Positions 19,456 to 37,399 of a DNA stretch of 64,000 bases are shown one piece after another. The notes under the pieces were generated by a model. It had not been told where the DNA came from. It made no database searches and saw only the letters and a program-made list of their open reading frames with translations. The stretch's first letter is position 1. Each line of letters opens with the position of its first letter. The stretch comes from the human T2T-CHM13v2.0 reference genome, Homo sapiens: assembly GCF_009914755.1 (NCBI RefSeq), contig NC_060930.1. One strand, given 5' to 3'. The translations under genes and the position numbers were made by a program.

Positions 19456-20959
19456 GTAAGGGGCGCCCGGGTGAGGGCGCAGGAGGGCGACGACCCGCGC
19501 TGGTTGGCGGCGGCTCCAGGTCCCCTGCGGGCGGGGCGGCGCGCGGCCGGCGGTCCCCTCCCTTCCCCTTTGTTGGCCGCCCCTCTCTGCCCCCGCTTTC
19601 CTGGGAGTCCCGCGGAAGGTCGCGGCTGCGGGGCGCGGCCTGGCACCCTCTCCCCGGAGGGCGGCAGCGTCCGGGCACAGCCTGGCACGGGGGACGAAGC
19701 ACTTTCCAGAAGGCTCTGAAACTAGGTCCCCTGGTCCCCTCGCGCTGCGCGACACGCCAGGACCCACTTTCAGCCCCGGTCCCATCCCGGATGGGAGGAG
19801 GCGGCGCCCCGGCCTCCTGATACCGAGGTTCTCGCCCAAAGCCGAGCCGTGGGTGCCCGGAGGGGAGCGCCCGCTGCGCCCACGCCCGCCCGGCGACCTC
19901 GGAGCCTCAGAAAGGCGCTGCGGCGAAGCAGGATCCCAGGCGGTCGGCTCAGCGAGTGTAGACCGTGCGGTCCCTGCTCAGCCCCTCCGGCCTTTCCGAG
20001 CGCGGGAGCCATCCCGGACGGGCGCGGCTCCTGGGGGGGCTGAGGTGCCAAGTTTCTGTGAAAGCCGACACGTTGTGCCCCTAATGGATCCTATTTACCA
20101 AAAACAGTTCAGAAAGAAAAGAGTCCATTCTTCCAGCCATTCGTTGCTGACAGCCGCTGGAAAGGTCTGGGAGTAACATTGCACGAGGTATTTCTATCTT
20201 TAAGGAGCGGCGAAATTTAATATTGATGAGCTTGCATGCCGTTTTTTAAAAATAGACAAATAGGTTAACTTTATTTAAAGAGGGAGAAGGCTGCTTGATT
20301 CCAAAGATAATTTCATTCAGGGGGAGGTTTTCCTGCTTTTCTCTGCAGAATTCAGGCAAGAGGCCACTTGGTGACACTCCTCAGCCTCCTTGGGTAATGG
20401 TGAGACCTTTATTTACTATGCGATGAAGGGCCTGGGATTCTCTTCTCATGGTTATTCACACATTCTACCTTTTGCTCCCCAAATGATGCTGACCACCTTA
20501 TTTTAACAGACAACACCGGCTATCTCCAGTTCTCTTTCCAATAGATTTAAGCCAGAGTGTCTCTAAAATCTTACCAAGTTTCGTACAGGTGCGGATCATA
20601 TGCTATAAATGTTTCAGTCCTAGGCTCTGGATAAAAAAGTGTCCATGGTTTTATAATTTGGGCTTAACCAGTAGAACTTGTGTGTATACACTCTTAGAAG
20701 TATTTCCTGATGTGCTTAAGATTGTTATGTTTTAAAAATATAGTATCATGATTGGTGCAGTTTTGTAAGCAAACTTTTGTTCCACCGGATTTTACCTGCT
20801 CACTTTATAGGAAAATAAAACTTGTTGCTTTAGGGTGTCAGAGGTTTTTGTGTTGGGTAAATGTAAAAGAACATGGCAAGGTATAACTGAAGAAGAGTTT
20901 ATTATTTACTGTGGCAAAACACGCCCCTAATGACCTCAGAATCAGCTTTCAACACCTTC

Positions 20960-21300
20960 ACATACCATACTAAGATGCTTCATAATGTGGCACCTGCCTG
21001 CCTTTCCAGTTCCATCTACTGACTTTCCCCAGGCCTCCTGGCTCTCCCCCGCTTGCACACTGCCTGCTCTAGACACACCAAGCTACTCAGAAGTTGTTAT
21101 TTCCAGACCATTGTTTGGAATGAATGAAATTCTGCTTACACTGTTCTTACTCCTCTTGCCCATCTGTCAATTACCCACGCATTCTTAATGTGTCAGTCAA
21201 ATACCTTCTCTAGGAAGCTTTTCTTCCTTATCCGTAGGCGAAGTTAAGCTCCTCCTCCTCCAGTAGTCAGTGCTTCTACTAGAACACATTTTTGTATATA
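20960..21300 (+). mobile_element. L2 fragment
   Basis: Degenerate pyrimidine-rich L2 3' region (ACCTTCTCTAGGAAGCTTTTC). Confidence 0.5.
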
Positions 21301-21304
21301 CCTC

Positions 21305-21420
21305 TGGCACTGCCACCTTGCACAGTTGTTCAGGCTGTTCACTACACAAGGTCATCTTGTCCAACAGGCAATTGGAGGCTGAAATCCGATTCACACTCCA
21401 CTTGCCAAGCCTCTAGTGCG
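21305..21420. mobile_element. MER91-like hAT-Tip100 fragment
   Basis: TTGCACAGTTGTTCAGGCTGTTCACTACACAAGG...GGCTGAAATCC...CTTGCCAAGCC. Confidence 0.5.
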
Positions 21421-21589
21421 CTCCTCTCCATTGGAGAGGATACATTTGGCAATTTAACCAAAAGTACAGTATGGGTTAGTAGTGACCCTAAGCCTATCCC
21501 CACTACTGTACTTAGCATCCATCACTTCAACTGATGTAATAGGAGCTCAGTTAAGGTTCCTAGGTTCCGTGAACGAGTGAAGAAAGAAT

Positions 21590-21592
<3 letters not shown>

Positions 21593-21621
<29 letters not shown>

Positions 21622-21900
21622 GAGACAGGATCTCCCTTTGTTGACCAGGCTGGAGTGCAGTGATATGATCTCAGCTCACCGCAGCCTCAGCCTCCCCAGC
21701 TCAATTGATCTTCCTTCTCTGCCTTCCAAGTAGCTGGACTACAGACGCGTGCCACCACACCTGGCTAATTAAAAACATTTTGTAGAGACGGGGTTTCGCC
21801 ATGTTGCCCAGGCTGGTCTCAAACACCTGAGCTCAAGTGATCCACCCTCCTCAGCCTCCCAAAGTGCTGGGATTGTAGGCATGAGCCACCGTGTCCGGCC
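21593..21900 (-). mobile_element. AluJ
   Basis: CAGCCTC...CTCAATTGATC and GTTGCCCAGGCTGG AluJ features. Confidence 0.93.
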
Positions 21901-22629
21901 AGAAAAGATTACTTCTCACGAACTCTAGAAAGAAGTAAGAGTTTGGGGGCAGATTTTTTTTGTATAAGTCAGTATACAGAAATCTGCTTCAGTTTGCTTT
22001 ATCTTATGTCTGGGCTGTTCAAATGATGCTTAGACAGATGTCTTCTCCTTGATTACAGGGAAGAATCTGCGAGTGTGAATTCATGGGTGGGCGTCAGGGA
22101 TTTGTGTCAACATGTGGTGCTTTGTCAGCTGATGACTTTTCTAGCCACTCAGGTTTACGTGTCTAATCGTGATTTGCTAAGAGAGATAAGGGGGCAAGAA
22201 ACTTGCAAGTAAGGCCCTAAAGAGCTTTGCTCGCATAAACATGTGCTAATAAATTGCATTGGAGTGCCGTTTTGTATATAAGAATTTAAGCCATCCTAAA
22301 GTGAGATGTCACAGAATTAAACTAAGAAAGTAAGAAGGGTTTGAGTCTGATTTATTTAGGATCTCCAATGAGATCAGTATTTAATATCACAGTTTTATGC
22401 ATGAAAAATGCAGTTTTCATTGGGAAGGGGCCATTTGCAAGCTGAATTGGCTGCAAGAGTTGTAAAAATGCTCCAAATTTTGTATGTAGTTAAAAATTAA
22501 CAATTTGTGGGGTGATCTGGTGGCATTTTTCAAGCTACAATCAATATGTGAATTATCATGCAAGCATTTATAAGATTGTGATATAAAATTATATACTTGT
22601 AGATGTCAAAAGTGTTTGCTAGTTATATG

Positions 22630-22800
22630 GAATCTTGGAATCTCTAGAATTCATAACATTGGAATAACTTTAAGGATAATATGGATCAATTCTCCCATTT
22701 TATGGGTAAGGAAACTGAGTCCCAGGAACTTATCCAGGGTCACTGAGCTTGTGTAGAGGCATAGCCAGGACGAGCTTTCAGATTTCCTGGCTTCGACTTC
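22630..22800 (-). mobile_element. MIR
   Basis: CCCATTTTATGGGTAAGGAAACTGAGTCCCAG. Confidence 0.75.
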
Positions 22801-22849
22801 ATATTCAAGTACCTATAAGAACAGCCTTCTGTATATTCCATCATTGGCC

Positions 22850-22985
22850 TCACTTGGGAAATCTTGAAAGTATAGGCTTAATTTTAAGATCTCAGGGAAA
22901 GAAAAGATTTTCAGTGCCAAACACAATGCCCTGGGTAAAGTAGGCATGTGATAAATATTTGCTGAATGGAGGAATGAATGAACAA
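22850..22985 (+). mobile_element. L2 3' end
   Basis: ATAAATATTTGCTGAATGGAGGAATGAATGAA terminus. Confidence 0.7.
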
Positions 22986-23165
22986 ACCCGATGACAACTT
23001 CCTTATTTAAAGTAATTGATAAGAAATGATGCAAAGTCCATTTGGAGTGGAATTTGGCCCATGTGTTTGTATTTCTTAAATGCCATAAAAAGTATTGGTT
23101 AAACTTTATGGGAAAGATGGGCATCTCTATTATATATTCAAAGACATTTGATATGCTATAGGAAA

Positions 23166-23473
23166 ATTAATTAATTAATTAATTAATTAATTTTTTTGAG
23201 ACAGAGTCTCGCTCTGTCACCCAGGTTGGAGTGCAGTGGCGATCTCAGCTCACTGCAACCTCCATCTCCTGAGTTCAAGCGATTCTCCTGCCTCAGCCTC
23301 CCGAGTAGCTGGGATTGCACCCACCACCACACCTGGCTAATTTTTGTATTTTTAGTAGAGATGGGGTTTTGCCATGTTGGCCAGGCTGGTCTCGAACTCC
23401 TGACCTCAGGTGATCCACCTGCCTCGGACTCCCAAAGTGCTGGGATTACAGGCGTGAGCCACCGCTCCTGGCC
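23166..23473 (-). mobile_element. AluSx with (TAAT)n tail
   Basis: Full dimer. Confidence 0.95.
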
Positions 23474-23636
23474 AGGAAAAATAATTTTTATTTCTTTATT
23501 ATTTTCTATAGGAGAAGTTAGAACTCCTAACAGAAAAGCGTAATGAAAAAGCTCAGGATTTGGAATCACTAAGTTTGTCTGAAAACTAGCTTTGCTTCTG
23601 CAGACCATAAATGTCACCGGCCTCAGTTTCTTGTAA

Positions 23637-23943
<307 letters not shown>

Positions 23944-24219
23944 TCTTGTAACTCCTTAAATCTTAGAGTTGTTACAAAGATCAAATGAGCTGAAGTGCAT
24001 GAAAGCACTTTGCAAACTTTGGAACAATGAACAGTAAGAGGAGTTAGAAGCTGTGGCAGTGACTACTTGGCCTGTGCATACATCATCTCATTTATTCCTC
24101 TGAATTTAAAAAAAGTAGACTTTTGTGGAATAAGGAAGAAATTCATGCTTAAACAACTCCCTCAATGTTAAACATGTATTGAGTGAGCCCCCTATGATGT
24201 GTTAAGAACTGTTAAGCTG

Positions 24220-24972
<753 letters not shown>

Positions 24973-24984
24973 AACCAGTTTCTT

Positions 24985-25330
24985 TTTAGATTGTTGTGAG
25001 TAGATTTAGGGAAGCAAGCCTGGAAGAAAGAAAGTCAGTGGTAACAGTGTAGATCATCAAAGGTGGTGGCAGTAGAATAGTGGGGACAGACATGGAAGAA
25101 GATTCCAGAAATATAAAGGAAGTGCAGTGGACTTGGTGACTGAGAAAATGGAGGGCAGGGAGAATCACATCCAGTAAAGGATGACACCCAGGCTGCTCAC
25201 CCATATGACAACCTAGAAGGAGAAGGTTGGAGACCTGTGGGATCCTTTACCCAAGTTCACGTAGTTTGAAATTGCACAGCTGAGATTTGAATCCAGGTCT
25301 GTCTGACCACATGATCCTTCCACTCTTCTA
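24985..25330 (-). mobile_element. L2 fragment followed by MIR fragment
   Basis: GGACTTGGTGACTGA...GGATGACACCCAGG; CTGAGATTTGAATCCAGGTCTGTCTGAC. Confidence 0.6.
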
Positions 25331-26094
25331 TCCTGACCCAATGGTTAGCATGCCCTTAATTGTAAACAAATAAAGGATCTTAATAAAAATCATCTAGCAT
25401 TTGAAAGCTTTTATTTTTTGTGAAATGTTTTTTCATAACATTAAGGAAAAAAAAATGCCCACGGATGGTTACCGCCAGCAGACATAGGCTGGTGCCCTGA
25501 GAAGGTTCCCTGCCAGAAGCGTATAATGTATTTCCTCTCCTGGATGTTACATGGCCTGGGCCCTGGCCCACTCCTCTCCAGGCATTCCATCGAGCTGGAA
25601 ATTGGTCTGCTTTGTTTTCATTTATGAGGTTTGTAGATTGAGTAACAGAATCTGGACTACAGTGTTCATTGTGTTTTCATGGTGTTGGATTACAAGCTTT
25701 CTTTTAAATTCATGGTTAGGTTTCTGAATGTGCCTTTTGGACATAGTTCTTCATGAGTTCCCATTACTAAGTGATTTCTTTGCATTGGGAACAGTATGTA
25801 AAACTCGAATTTTGAAGCTTCTTTTGTCAGTAGTTTGGGAAATGGCTTAATAAATAAGCTTGCAAATCTTTCCTTATGCTGGTGAAAGTGAAGGATTCTC
25901 ATTGCTTTTAAAATATAGTGATGAATTTTAGTGCAATATTTTGTGTTATTTTAAAATTCAAAAAAATTATATTGTTGTTGTCTAGTAAAGAGCATTCTGT
26001 GCCTTAAGATTTTCATCTCTAAAAGAAGGATGACAGCAGCGCCTTCTTAGAATATTGTTTTGAGGATTGAGAAATTAATGAATTAACATAATAC

Positions 26095-26450
<356 letters not shown>

Positions 26451-26592
26451 CTATTTCTTTCTGTCATTTTTTTCCTTGCATTATTCCCTGTCTGGTTAAC
26501 CCCCAGTCATCCACGGAGACCCAGAAAAGCCTTCCATCTGAGTTGCTTCTTAGGTACTTGTGTCTATATCAATTGTTGCATTCATCATATAA

Positions 26593-26961
<369 letters not shown>

Positions 26962-27300
26962 ATGCTTGTTTTATTTTTGTACTGCTTTTATATCCAGCCT
27001 GGTGCTTTAGTGAACACTCTTAAATGGTGGTTGACAGAATGTGTGAAGTGTTCATTGAAATTGTTTTTAAAAGTATTATAATATGATTATGAGATTGAGA
27101 GACCCTTTGCCAAATATTTGACTCTCTAAATGGACTTTATCAATAACAAAGTGCTGAAAGTTAAAATACATAAAGGTTGATCCGTTTTTTTCCGAAGCGT
27201 GGAATTGTGGCAAGGTTATTGTATTGGATATTAACAGCTCTAGATTCTGTTGTGGAATATACCTTTTACCCATTTGGCAGGTCACCTAAATATTTGAGGG

Positions 27301-27460
27301 AGCCAGGTGTAGTGGTGCGCGCCTGTAATCCAAGCTACTCAAGAGGCTGAGGCACAAGAATTACTTGAACCCGGGAGGCAGAGGTTGCAGTGAGCCGAGA
27401 TCACACCACTGCACTTCAGCCTAGGCAACAGAGTGAGACTCTGTCTCAAAAAAGAAAAGA
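27301..27460 (+). mobile_element. Alu right arm (half of an inversion-split Alu)
   Basis: Begins abruptly at AGCCAGGTG, ends in an A-tail. Confidence 0.9.
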
Positions 27461-27756
27461 AATTACTTGTCCCCATTTTCACAGCCTCCCTGGCCCCAGA
27501 GAACAGAAAAGTCAGAGAGGTGGAAGACTCGACGCTCCCAGCTGTGCCTCAGCTGTGGGCCAAGTCTCCACCGGGGCCAAAGGGGAAACTCTTGTGGGAG
27601 GAGCAGAGGGGCCCACATCTCCCCTCTCGGCTCCCCCATGCACACTGCCTTATCTCTCCCCCTCTAGCCAGGAATCGGTTGTGTGTTTCCTCTGCCAATT
27701 TACTGTGATTGTGTATGTGCTGCTACCACCGCAGCTGCCACGGTGGGGCAGGGAGG

Positions 27757-27926
27757 AGGCCAACATGGTGAAACCCTGTCTATACTAAAAATACAAAAAT
27801 TAGCTGGGTGTAGTGGCAGCTGCCTGTACTCCCAGCTACTCAGGAGGCTGAGGCAGGGAGAATCACCTGAACCTGGGAGATGGAGGTTGCAGTGAGCCAA
27901 GATTGACGGAGCGAGACTCCATCTCT
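27757..27926 (+). mobile_element. Tail-less Alu internal fragment
   Basis: GGCCAACATGG...GAGACTCCATCTC with an internal deletion and no poly(A). Confidence 0.85.
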
Positions 27927-28011
27927 CCCAACTCCCCCCAGAAAAGTGCATTCTGTTGAGTCTGTTGTGTGAGATGTTTTGCACTTATGTGACTTTTATC
28001 AGTGCCTTTGC

Positions 28012-28143
28012 TTTTTGTATTTTTAGTAGAGATGGGGTTTTGCCCTGTTGGCCAGGCTGTCCTGAACTCCTGACCTCAGGTGATCTGCCTGCCTCGGCCT
28101 CCGAAAGTACTGGGATTACAGGCATGAGCCACCGTGCCTAGCT
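28012..28143 (-). mobile_element. Alu left arm (other half of the split Alu)
   Basis: Ends exactly at AAAAATACAAAAA on the minus strand. Confidence 0.9.
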
Positions 28144-28323
28144 GTGATGAGTAATTTCTGCACCAGTCCTGCTGTAGGCTACCTGCAAGACAAGATGTTT
28201 GATTGGAAGGCTGGTCAGAGTCACTTCTAGCTCCTGGTCTGTACTCTTTCCAGAGTCTTCCTAGTGTGCCTCAGTAAGTCAGAGTAGTCAAGGCCCATAC
28301 TCTGTATGTAGTAGCCAGGCTAA

Positions 28324-28661
<338 letters not shown>

Positions 28662-29287
28662 TCTTAATACCATCTTTTTTTCCAAGTCTGTTACTCTGTT
28701 ATGTAACCTGGTATTTTGAGCTTAGCTGTAGGACATTTACTTACCAGGCGAATAGACTATTGCATCACCTTTAACTCCTCTTTCTTTGGTACCATTGCTT
28801 TGTAAATATAGTAGGCTCCAAAAGAAGATGTGCCCAAGATGGATTTATAGAGTGGGGAGAGGTCGCTGAGGTGGGCACACAGTCTGGAGCATCCCTCACT
28901 GCCAGAGTTTGCAGTGAGTCCCTCTCAGCTTCCCAGGCAGGCCTTCACTTACCTTAAGCCATTTGCCCCATGTGAAGAGGCAGAAGGCAGTCATGGAGTA
29001 ACCCATGATGAGCCAGTGGATGGTCAGTTGCACCAGAGTAGAAGGCTTGGAGGATGGTAATGGAGGTCAGGTTGCCCAAGGCAAGGCTCTCTCCAATTAG
29101 CCTGGCAGCCTGAGGAGGGAGGAGTAGCTCATCAGCAGCTTGTCCCTCATTTCCCCTTTCACCTCCACCCTGGAGGCCTGCCTGTCTTTCCACAATAAAA
29201 ATGAGGAATTCCGTCTGGAAGCAGGCCAGGCATCCTGAGTACAGGCTATGCCAGAGGGCCAGGAATCTTGGAGAGACCCTGAGAGAG

Positions 29288-29917
<630 letters not shown>

Positions 29918-30330
29918 AGATTCTTTACTTTCAAGGAATTTGAATCATTTGAAAAAGTCACTGGAGAAAAGGGTGGGTAAGGAGGAGCCACTGACTGACT
30001 AGTTCTTGGATCGAGCCGCCTGCCTCTGGGTCCTCGAGCCTCGAGGAGTAGAGGGCAGGGAGGCTCCCACGTGTAGCCCCCCGGGGTCCTGGAGGCAGTG
30101 CTGCCTGATTAGTTTTACAGATGGGAGGCCGACCCACGGCAGAGCTGGTGATCAGTGACCGAGTGCCTACCAAGTCCCTGACGTTGAGGTCAGTGGGGAA
30201 CCAGATACACTCTAATGCTGCCCACACTCTAGTGGTAGGGACAAACAAGTAAAGAAGATGTTTATAATCAGGGCAGCAGAGGACATAAGTCCTGTGGCAG
30301 AGCTGCAGTAACACCCAGGGCTCAAGGCAC

Positions 30331-31048
<718 letters not shown>

Positions 31049-31333
31049 GCTACTGGCTTTTTGATCGTACTTTGAGAAACTGCCCTAAATAAAGTAAGAC
31101 TTGCGCTTGTAGGGCATTCAGTGTGTGGAGGGTGTGGGGGAGTGGAGTCAAGGTCTCTCTTCCCGTCTCTTTTCCCTGCATGATGCCCCTTTGCATAGGC
31201 TTGCATAGGATTGTGAGGATCTAACCATGTTAGTTAACTTGCCAGAGATGGGCAAGAGATTTGTAGGCCAGTCACATATAAATGCAGCACAGGTTTTCTT
31301 ATTTCAGGGTGATCCATGGTTTGACAGGAACCA

Positions 31334-31461
31334 TTTTTCTTTTTCTTTCTTTCTTTCTTTTTTTTTTTTTGAGAGGGAGTCTCGCTCTGTCGCCCAGGCT
31401 GGAGTACAGTGGCACAATCTCGGCTCACTGCAAGCTCCGCCTCCCGGGTTCACGCCATTCT
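31334..31461 (-). mobile_element. 5'-truncated AluY (3' third only)
   Basis: GCAAGCTCCGCCTCCCGGGTTCACGCCATTCT followed by an abrupt end. Confidence 0.9.
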
Positions 31462-32563
31462 TAAGGAAATTTTTAAGGAAAACATCTGGTTTCTAAAGAA
31501 GAGGTTTGTTGAATATATTAGTTATAAGCATACTGACAGTGAAAACGATTAGGTAAAATGTCAGGTTACTTAAAAACATCATTTTGTAATGAATATTAGT
31601 GAGAAAGCATTTCTGTCTCTTCAATAAAGGCCATTTCCTGAGGGATACCAACAGGCAGGACTTTGCTTAGTTCTATTTCAGTTTACCATGTAATTGGAAT
31701 TTTAAAATGACCTGTCTTAAAAAATCTGGGGATGTCACTAAGTCAGACTGTCATCAGTTTCACCCTGGCCATTAGTCTAAACGTGTGAGGAAATTGAGCC
31801 CGTCGGATGGTTGCCATTGCAGGAGTCTTGGTGTGTGTCGAGAAGAGAATGTCACTGCAGCGTGGCATTTTCTGAAAAGCTGTCTGTCACTGAAGCTAAA
31901 TTTTGATAGCTTGATAAATCACATTAGAAAATTCACTAAGGCGTGGAGTGTACAGAGTTGGCAGCCAACAGTTGGAATTTTCGGCAAACCAACAAGTGGG
32001 TTGTTCCGAAATATGTGGACACGTACATATGTAATTGTCGACCTTAAATAATACATCATATGGCTTTTTCCATTGTCTAAAGGAAAATCTCTAAACATTT
32101 ATAGAGTGCATTGAAAATTCTTGAATAATTTCAAGATATAAAAGTACATTTATATTTCTGTGTGTGATAGATGATAATATGACACACTTGAAAACTGTGT
32201 TTGTTGTAATTTCTCATTTGGCATTCTTAAAATTTGCTAAAATAGCATGACACTGAGATGTGGCTTACAGTTAGTGGTTAGTCCGGATAGTGCCTCTTAT
32301 GTATATATTACGCAGAAAGTCAGCAAAATCACCTGTGCACATGACGAACATATACCTCAAACCTCAAGAAATATAAGGCACAGAGAAATCAATTGCCTCA
32401 GGCTAGGGGTGAAACACAGTCACTTTCCTACTCATTTCCAGGTCTCTGAACCAGGTTTTCCTGGAAGGAGCTGTCTCCATTTAGTAATATTGCCAAGTTT
32501 TGTCTCTTTGGTACTCACTGGTGGTCACTGATAGTCTAAGGGACCTTCCTTTTCTGGAAATAA

Positions 32564-32627
32564 TTTTTTTTTTTTAACCTGCTCCTTGCAGAGCAGGGCT
32601 ACCCCGCAGGCAGTGTGCCCAGAGAAG
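32564..32627 (-). mobile_element. 52-nt retrocopy with A12 tail and TSD, source RNA uncertain
   Basis: TSD CTGGAA(A/G)TAA at 32554-32563 and 32628-32637. Confidence 0.7.
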
Positions 32628-32962
32628 CTGGAAGTAAATTTCTCAGCATCACTCAGTTCTTCTGAGGCTCAGTGTCTGGAATGTACGTATATTCCACTCT
32701 CTTGAATTATTCCTTGAAACTCAAACTTTTATTTGACCCTTTTGGATGTGGATGTTTGTATTGTGAGAAAAGAAAAATGCGCTGACTGTACTGTAGCAGT
32801 GTTTGGAAACCTTACTGTGATGTGTTTGTGTTTTCAGTGGGTGAATCTGTAGTTAGGTTCAGTGTTTTGGGGCAGTTGCTTAGCATGTACTGCCTTGGAG
32901 TTGTAGGATTGAAATAGGAGAGGAAGAGCATAATGGAAAGCACATTAGGTATTGTTCCAGAA

Positions 32963-33471
<509 letters not shown>

Positions 33472-33751
33472 TTCTGGAGGCTCAGTGTTGGTCTATACTG
33501 AGTGGAGATGTGGATCCGTAGACGTCATTCAGCTTCTCAGGGTCTGGGTTTGTATATACCTCTTGGTCCAGGCAGTATTAGTGATTTTCTTGAAAATCAG
33601 AGGAATCCTTTGTTCCAAACTACGACTTACGTGAAACCAAGACCCAAATATATAATATACAAAAGGGATGAAATGGAAATTATATTAATTACGCAGTTGT
33701 AAGGGACAGAAGGCCCCTTGGGCCCCTCTGAAGGACCTAATACAGTTGTGA

Positions 33752-34100
<349 letters not shown>

Positions 34101-34396
34101 AGATTCTGTATACTCTTGAAACTGTAGACTGTTAGAGAGTGGAAAGAATCTAAGCGGAAGACTTATGACTTTGAGGTTGTGCCTTTTGATATAAGAAGCT
34201 ATGTTTAGGATATATAAATAGGTAGGCAATAAATTAGCTTGAGATTTTCATGGTAGCAACAGCTCATAAAAGATCCACAGCTCATTTCTAGTAGAACTGG
34301 GGAAATTCTAGTAAGAAAAGAAATGGGGTAAAGGGTTTGGGTAACACTGATGTGGCTGTGATCTTTGTGTGCAGCTGGTATGTGTAATTGAATTGA

Positions 34397-34714
<318 letters not shown>

Positions 34715-34732
34715 TTACAAAAATTAAATTTA

Positions 34733-35024
<292 letters not shown>

Positions 35025-36451
35025 TTAAATTTAGGAGCTGTTCTTTTCAGTCCTTGGTAATGTTGAGTGAGTCCTCTGTAACATGGAATGACCAAAACCA
35101 AAACCAAAACCAAGCCAAACCAAAGGGATTCTTAGGATATTTCAGGCGGTTATGCAATTTGTAAGACTCTAGGGGTCTTTACAACTCCTCACTTTCAGGA
35201 GTGGAGGGGTAGTTATGGAATTGACACTGGTTAGGAGACCTTTTGGACAGGCGATCATTTAATCTGTGCTTATCTTTTGAATTAGAAAATTTCTCCCTTG
35301 GACCTGACCTACATAGCTGCTGCCTTCCATGAGTTTGTTTCCATTTATAATCCTAATGAACAGTATTGAGATCCTGTGGCTTCTCAATTTTTCATATCAT
35401 AGCAAAATAACTGAGTGTGAGATATTTATTTTGAAAAACTTAGACGATCACTTCAGTCAGTCTTAGTTCTGAACAATGAAACAGCTTGTCTCAATGCACA
35501 CTTCCTTCGGTCATATTGATCTATTTTTCTCCTCAGAGTGTCTGACAATGGTTTGCCCTGTGACTGGTATATAATTTAAACATGTGCTAAGCATAATTTT
35601 AGTTCCTTTGGGATCACCCTCAGTTTTTATACCTCATCTGGCTCTCACAATTCCATTTAATTACAGCTATTTTGATATTTGGCCAAGTCACTAAAACCAG
35701 TCAACTCTCTTATGGGGAGACAGTAAACTTTTGATCAGCATATCACTGGAAGTGAAATTCTTCTGCAAACAGACACTTTTTCAGGAATTATTCTTGTAAA
35801 TGCAGAGAGGCGTTGGCAGTCTTTTGATACTTTTGGAGGGGTTTTGGTGGGTGCCAGATGGTGCGTAGCTACTGTATGCTTGGAAAATGTTAACGAGAGG
35901 CTCAGCTTTTCTGAGTGTGTGTTTTGGCTTTTTGAGATAGCTTCCATGTAGGAAGAAACTTCTTTTAAGACCAAATGTAGACTCTGGATTTCCTCCAAGA
36001 GAAGTATTGTAAATATATCAAAGCTGATGCTGTACTGAATTTCTTTATAGAAAGAAAAAAAGGAGTAGTTAATAAATAACATACAGTGTTTGAATAGAGC
36101 CTACAATTTCAAAGAGTTCATCTTTCCTTATGGCCAGTTTATTACAAACAGTTTATGTTCAAACCTTGTTTTTCTCCACCCCTTGCGTTGTCATATTTCA
36201 TTTTGTACTGTACGGCCCACATTTCTTATCCTGTTCTTTACTATGAGAGTTCACTGAGCAAAAGTAAGTCCACAGAGCAGGAAGGGAATGATAATCCTTA
36301 ACAGTATTTTGATTTTTCTCACTTTTGAGCTTTTGACTCAATGTAGTCTTACAGAAAGCACATTTGCTACTTTTGTGTTGGGTGGAGTGAGGTTTAAAAA
36401 CAAAAATCAACCAACCAACTTACCAAACCCCATTAATTCCTAATTCTGTAA

Positions 36452-36887
<436 letters not shown>

Positions 36888-37399
36888 TGAAATCATAAAA
36901 TACTGGGAGAGACCTTAGAGTGAGTTCAGACTCACTTCAGAAGATGGAGGTGAGAGAGTTTAAGTAACCTGCCCAGTTTCTCCCATCTCGTAAGTCTGGC
37001 CATTATGCTCGGGCTTCTGAGCGTCCTCTCACTTCTTCTCCTGCTCCTCACCTGTCCCCTACCTGTGGCACATTGTTGCTCCTCCTAACTGGGGCTGGAG
37101 GACCCAGGCTTTCTCTGCACATAGATGCTTACCAGTCCCCATGGCTCCTGTAGTACAGCTGAGGTTTGGGGTCTACAGCTGGCTTAGTCTGTGCTCCTGC
37201 AGGTGTGTGTGCCATAGACGATCCAGAAAGCAGGTCAGAAAATCTCTGTCTGCTTATTTCTGTGTTTGATAATCTGTAAGTTCTCTGTATTCCGAGTTTG
37301 ATGTGGAGTTTTGTCTCTTTTGCTTTGGAGAACTCGAAATTTGGGAGACGGCTTGCTGGGAGAGGTGAGGAACTCAAGGGAAGAGAAGAAAGGCATGGT

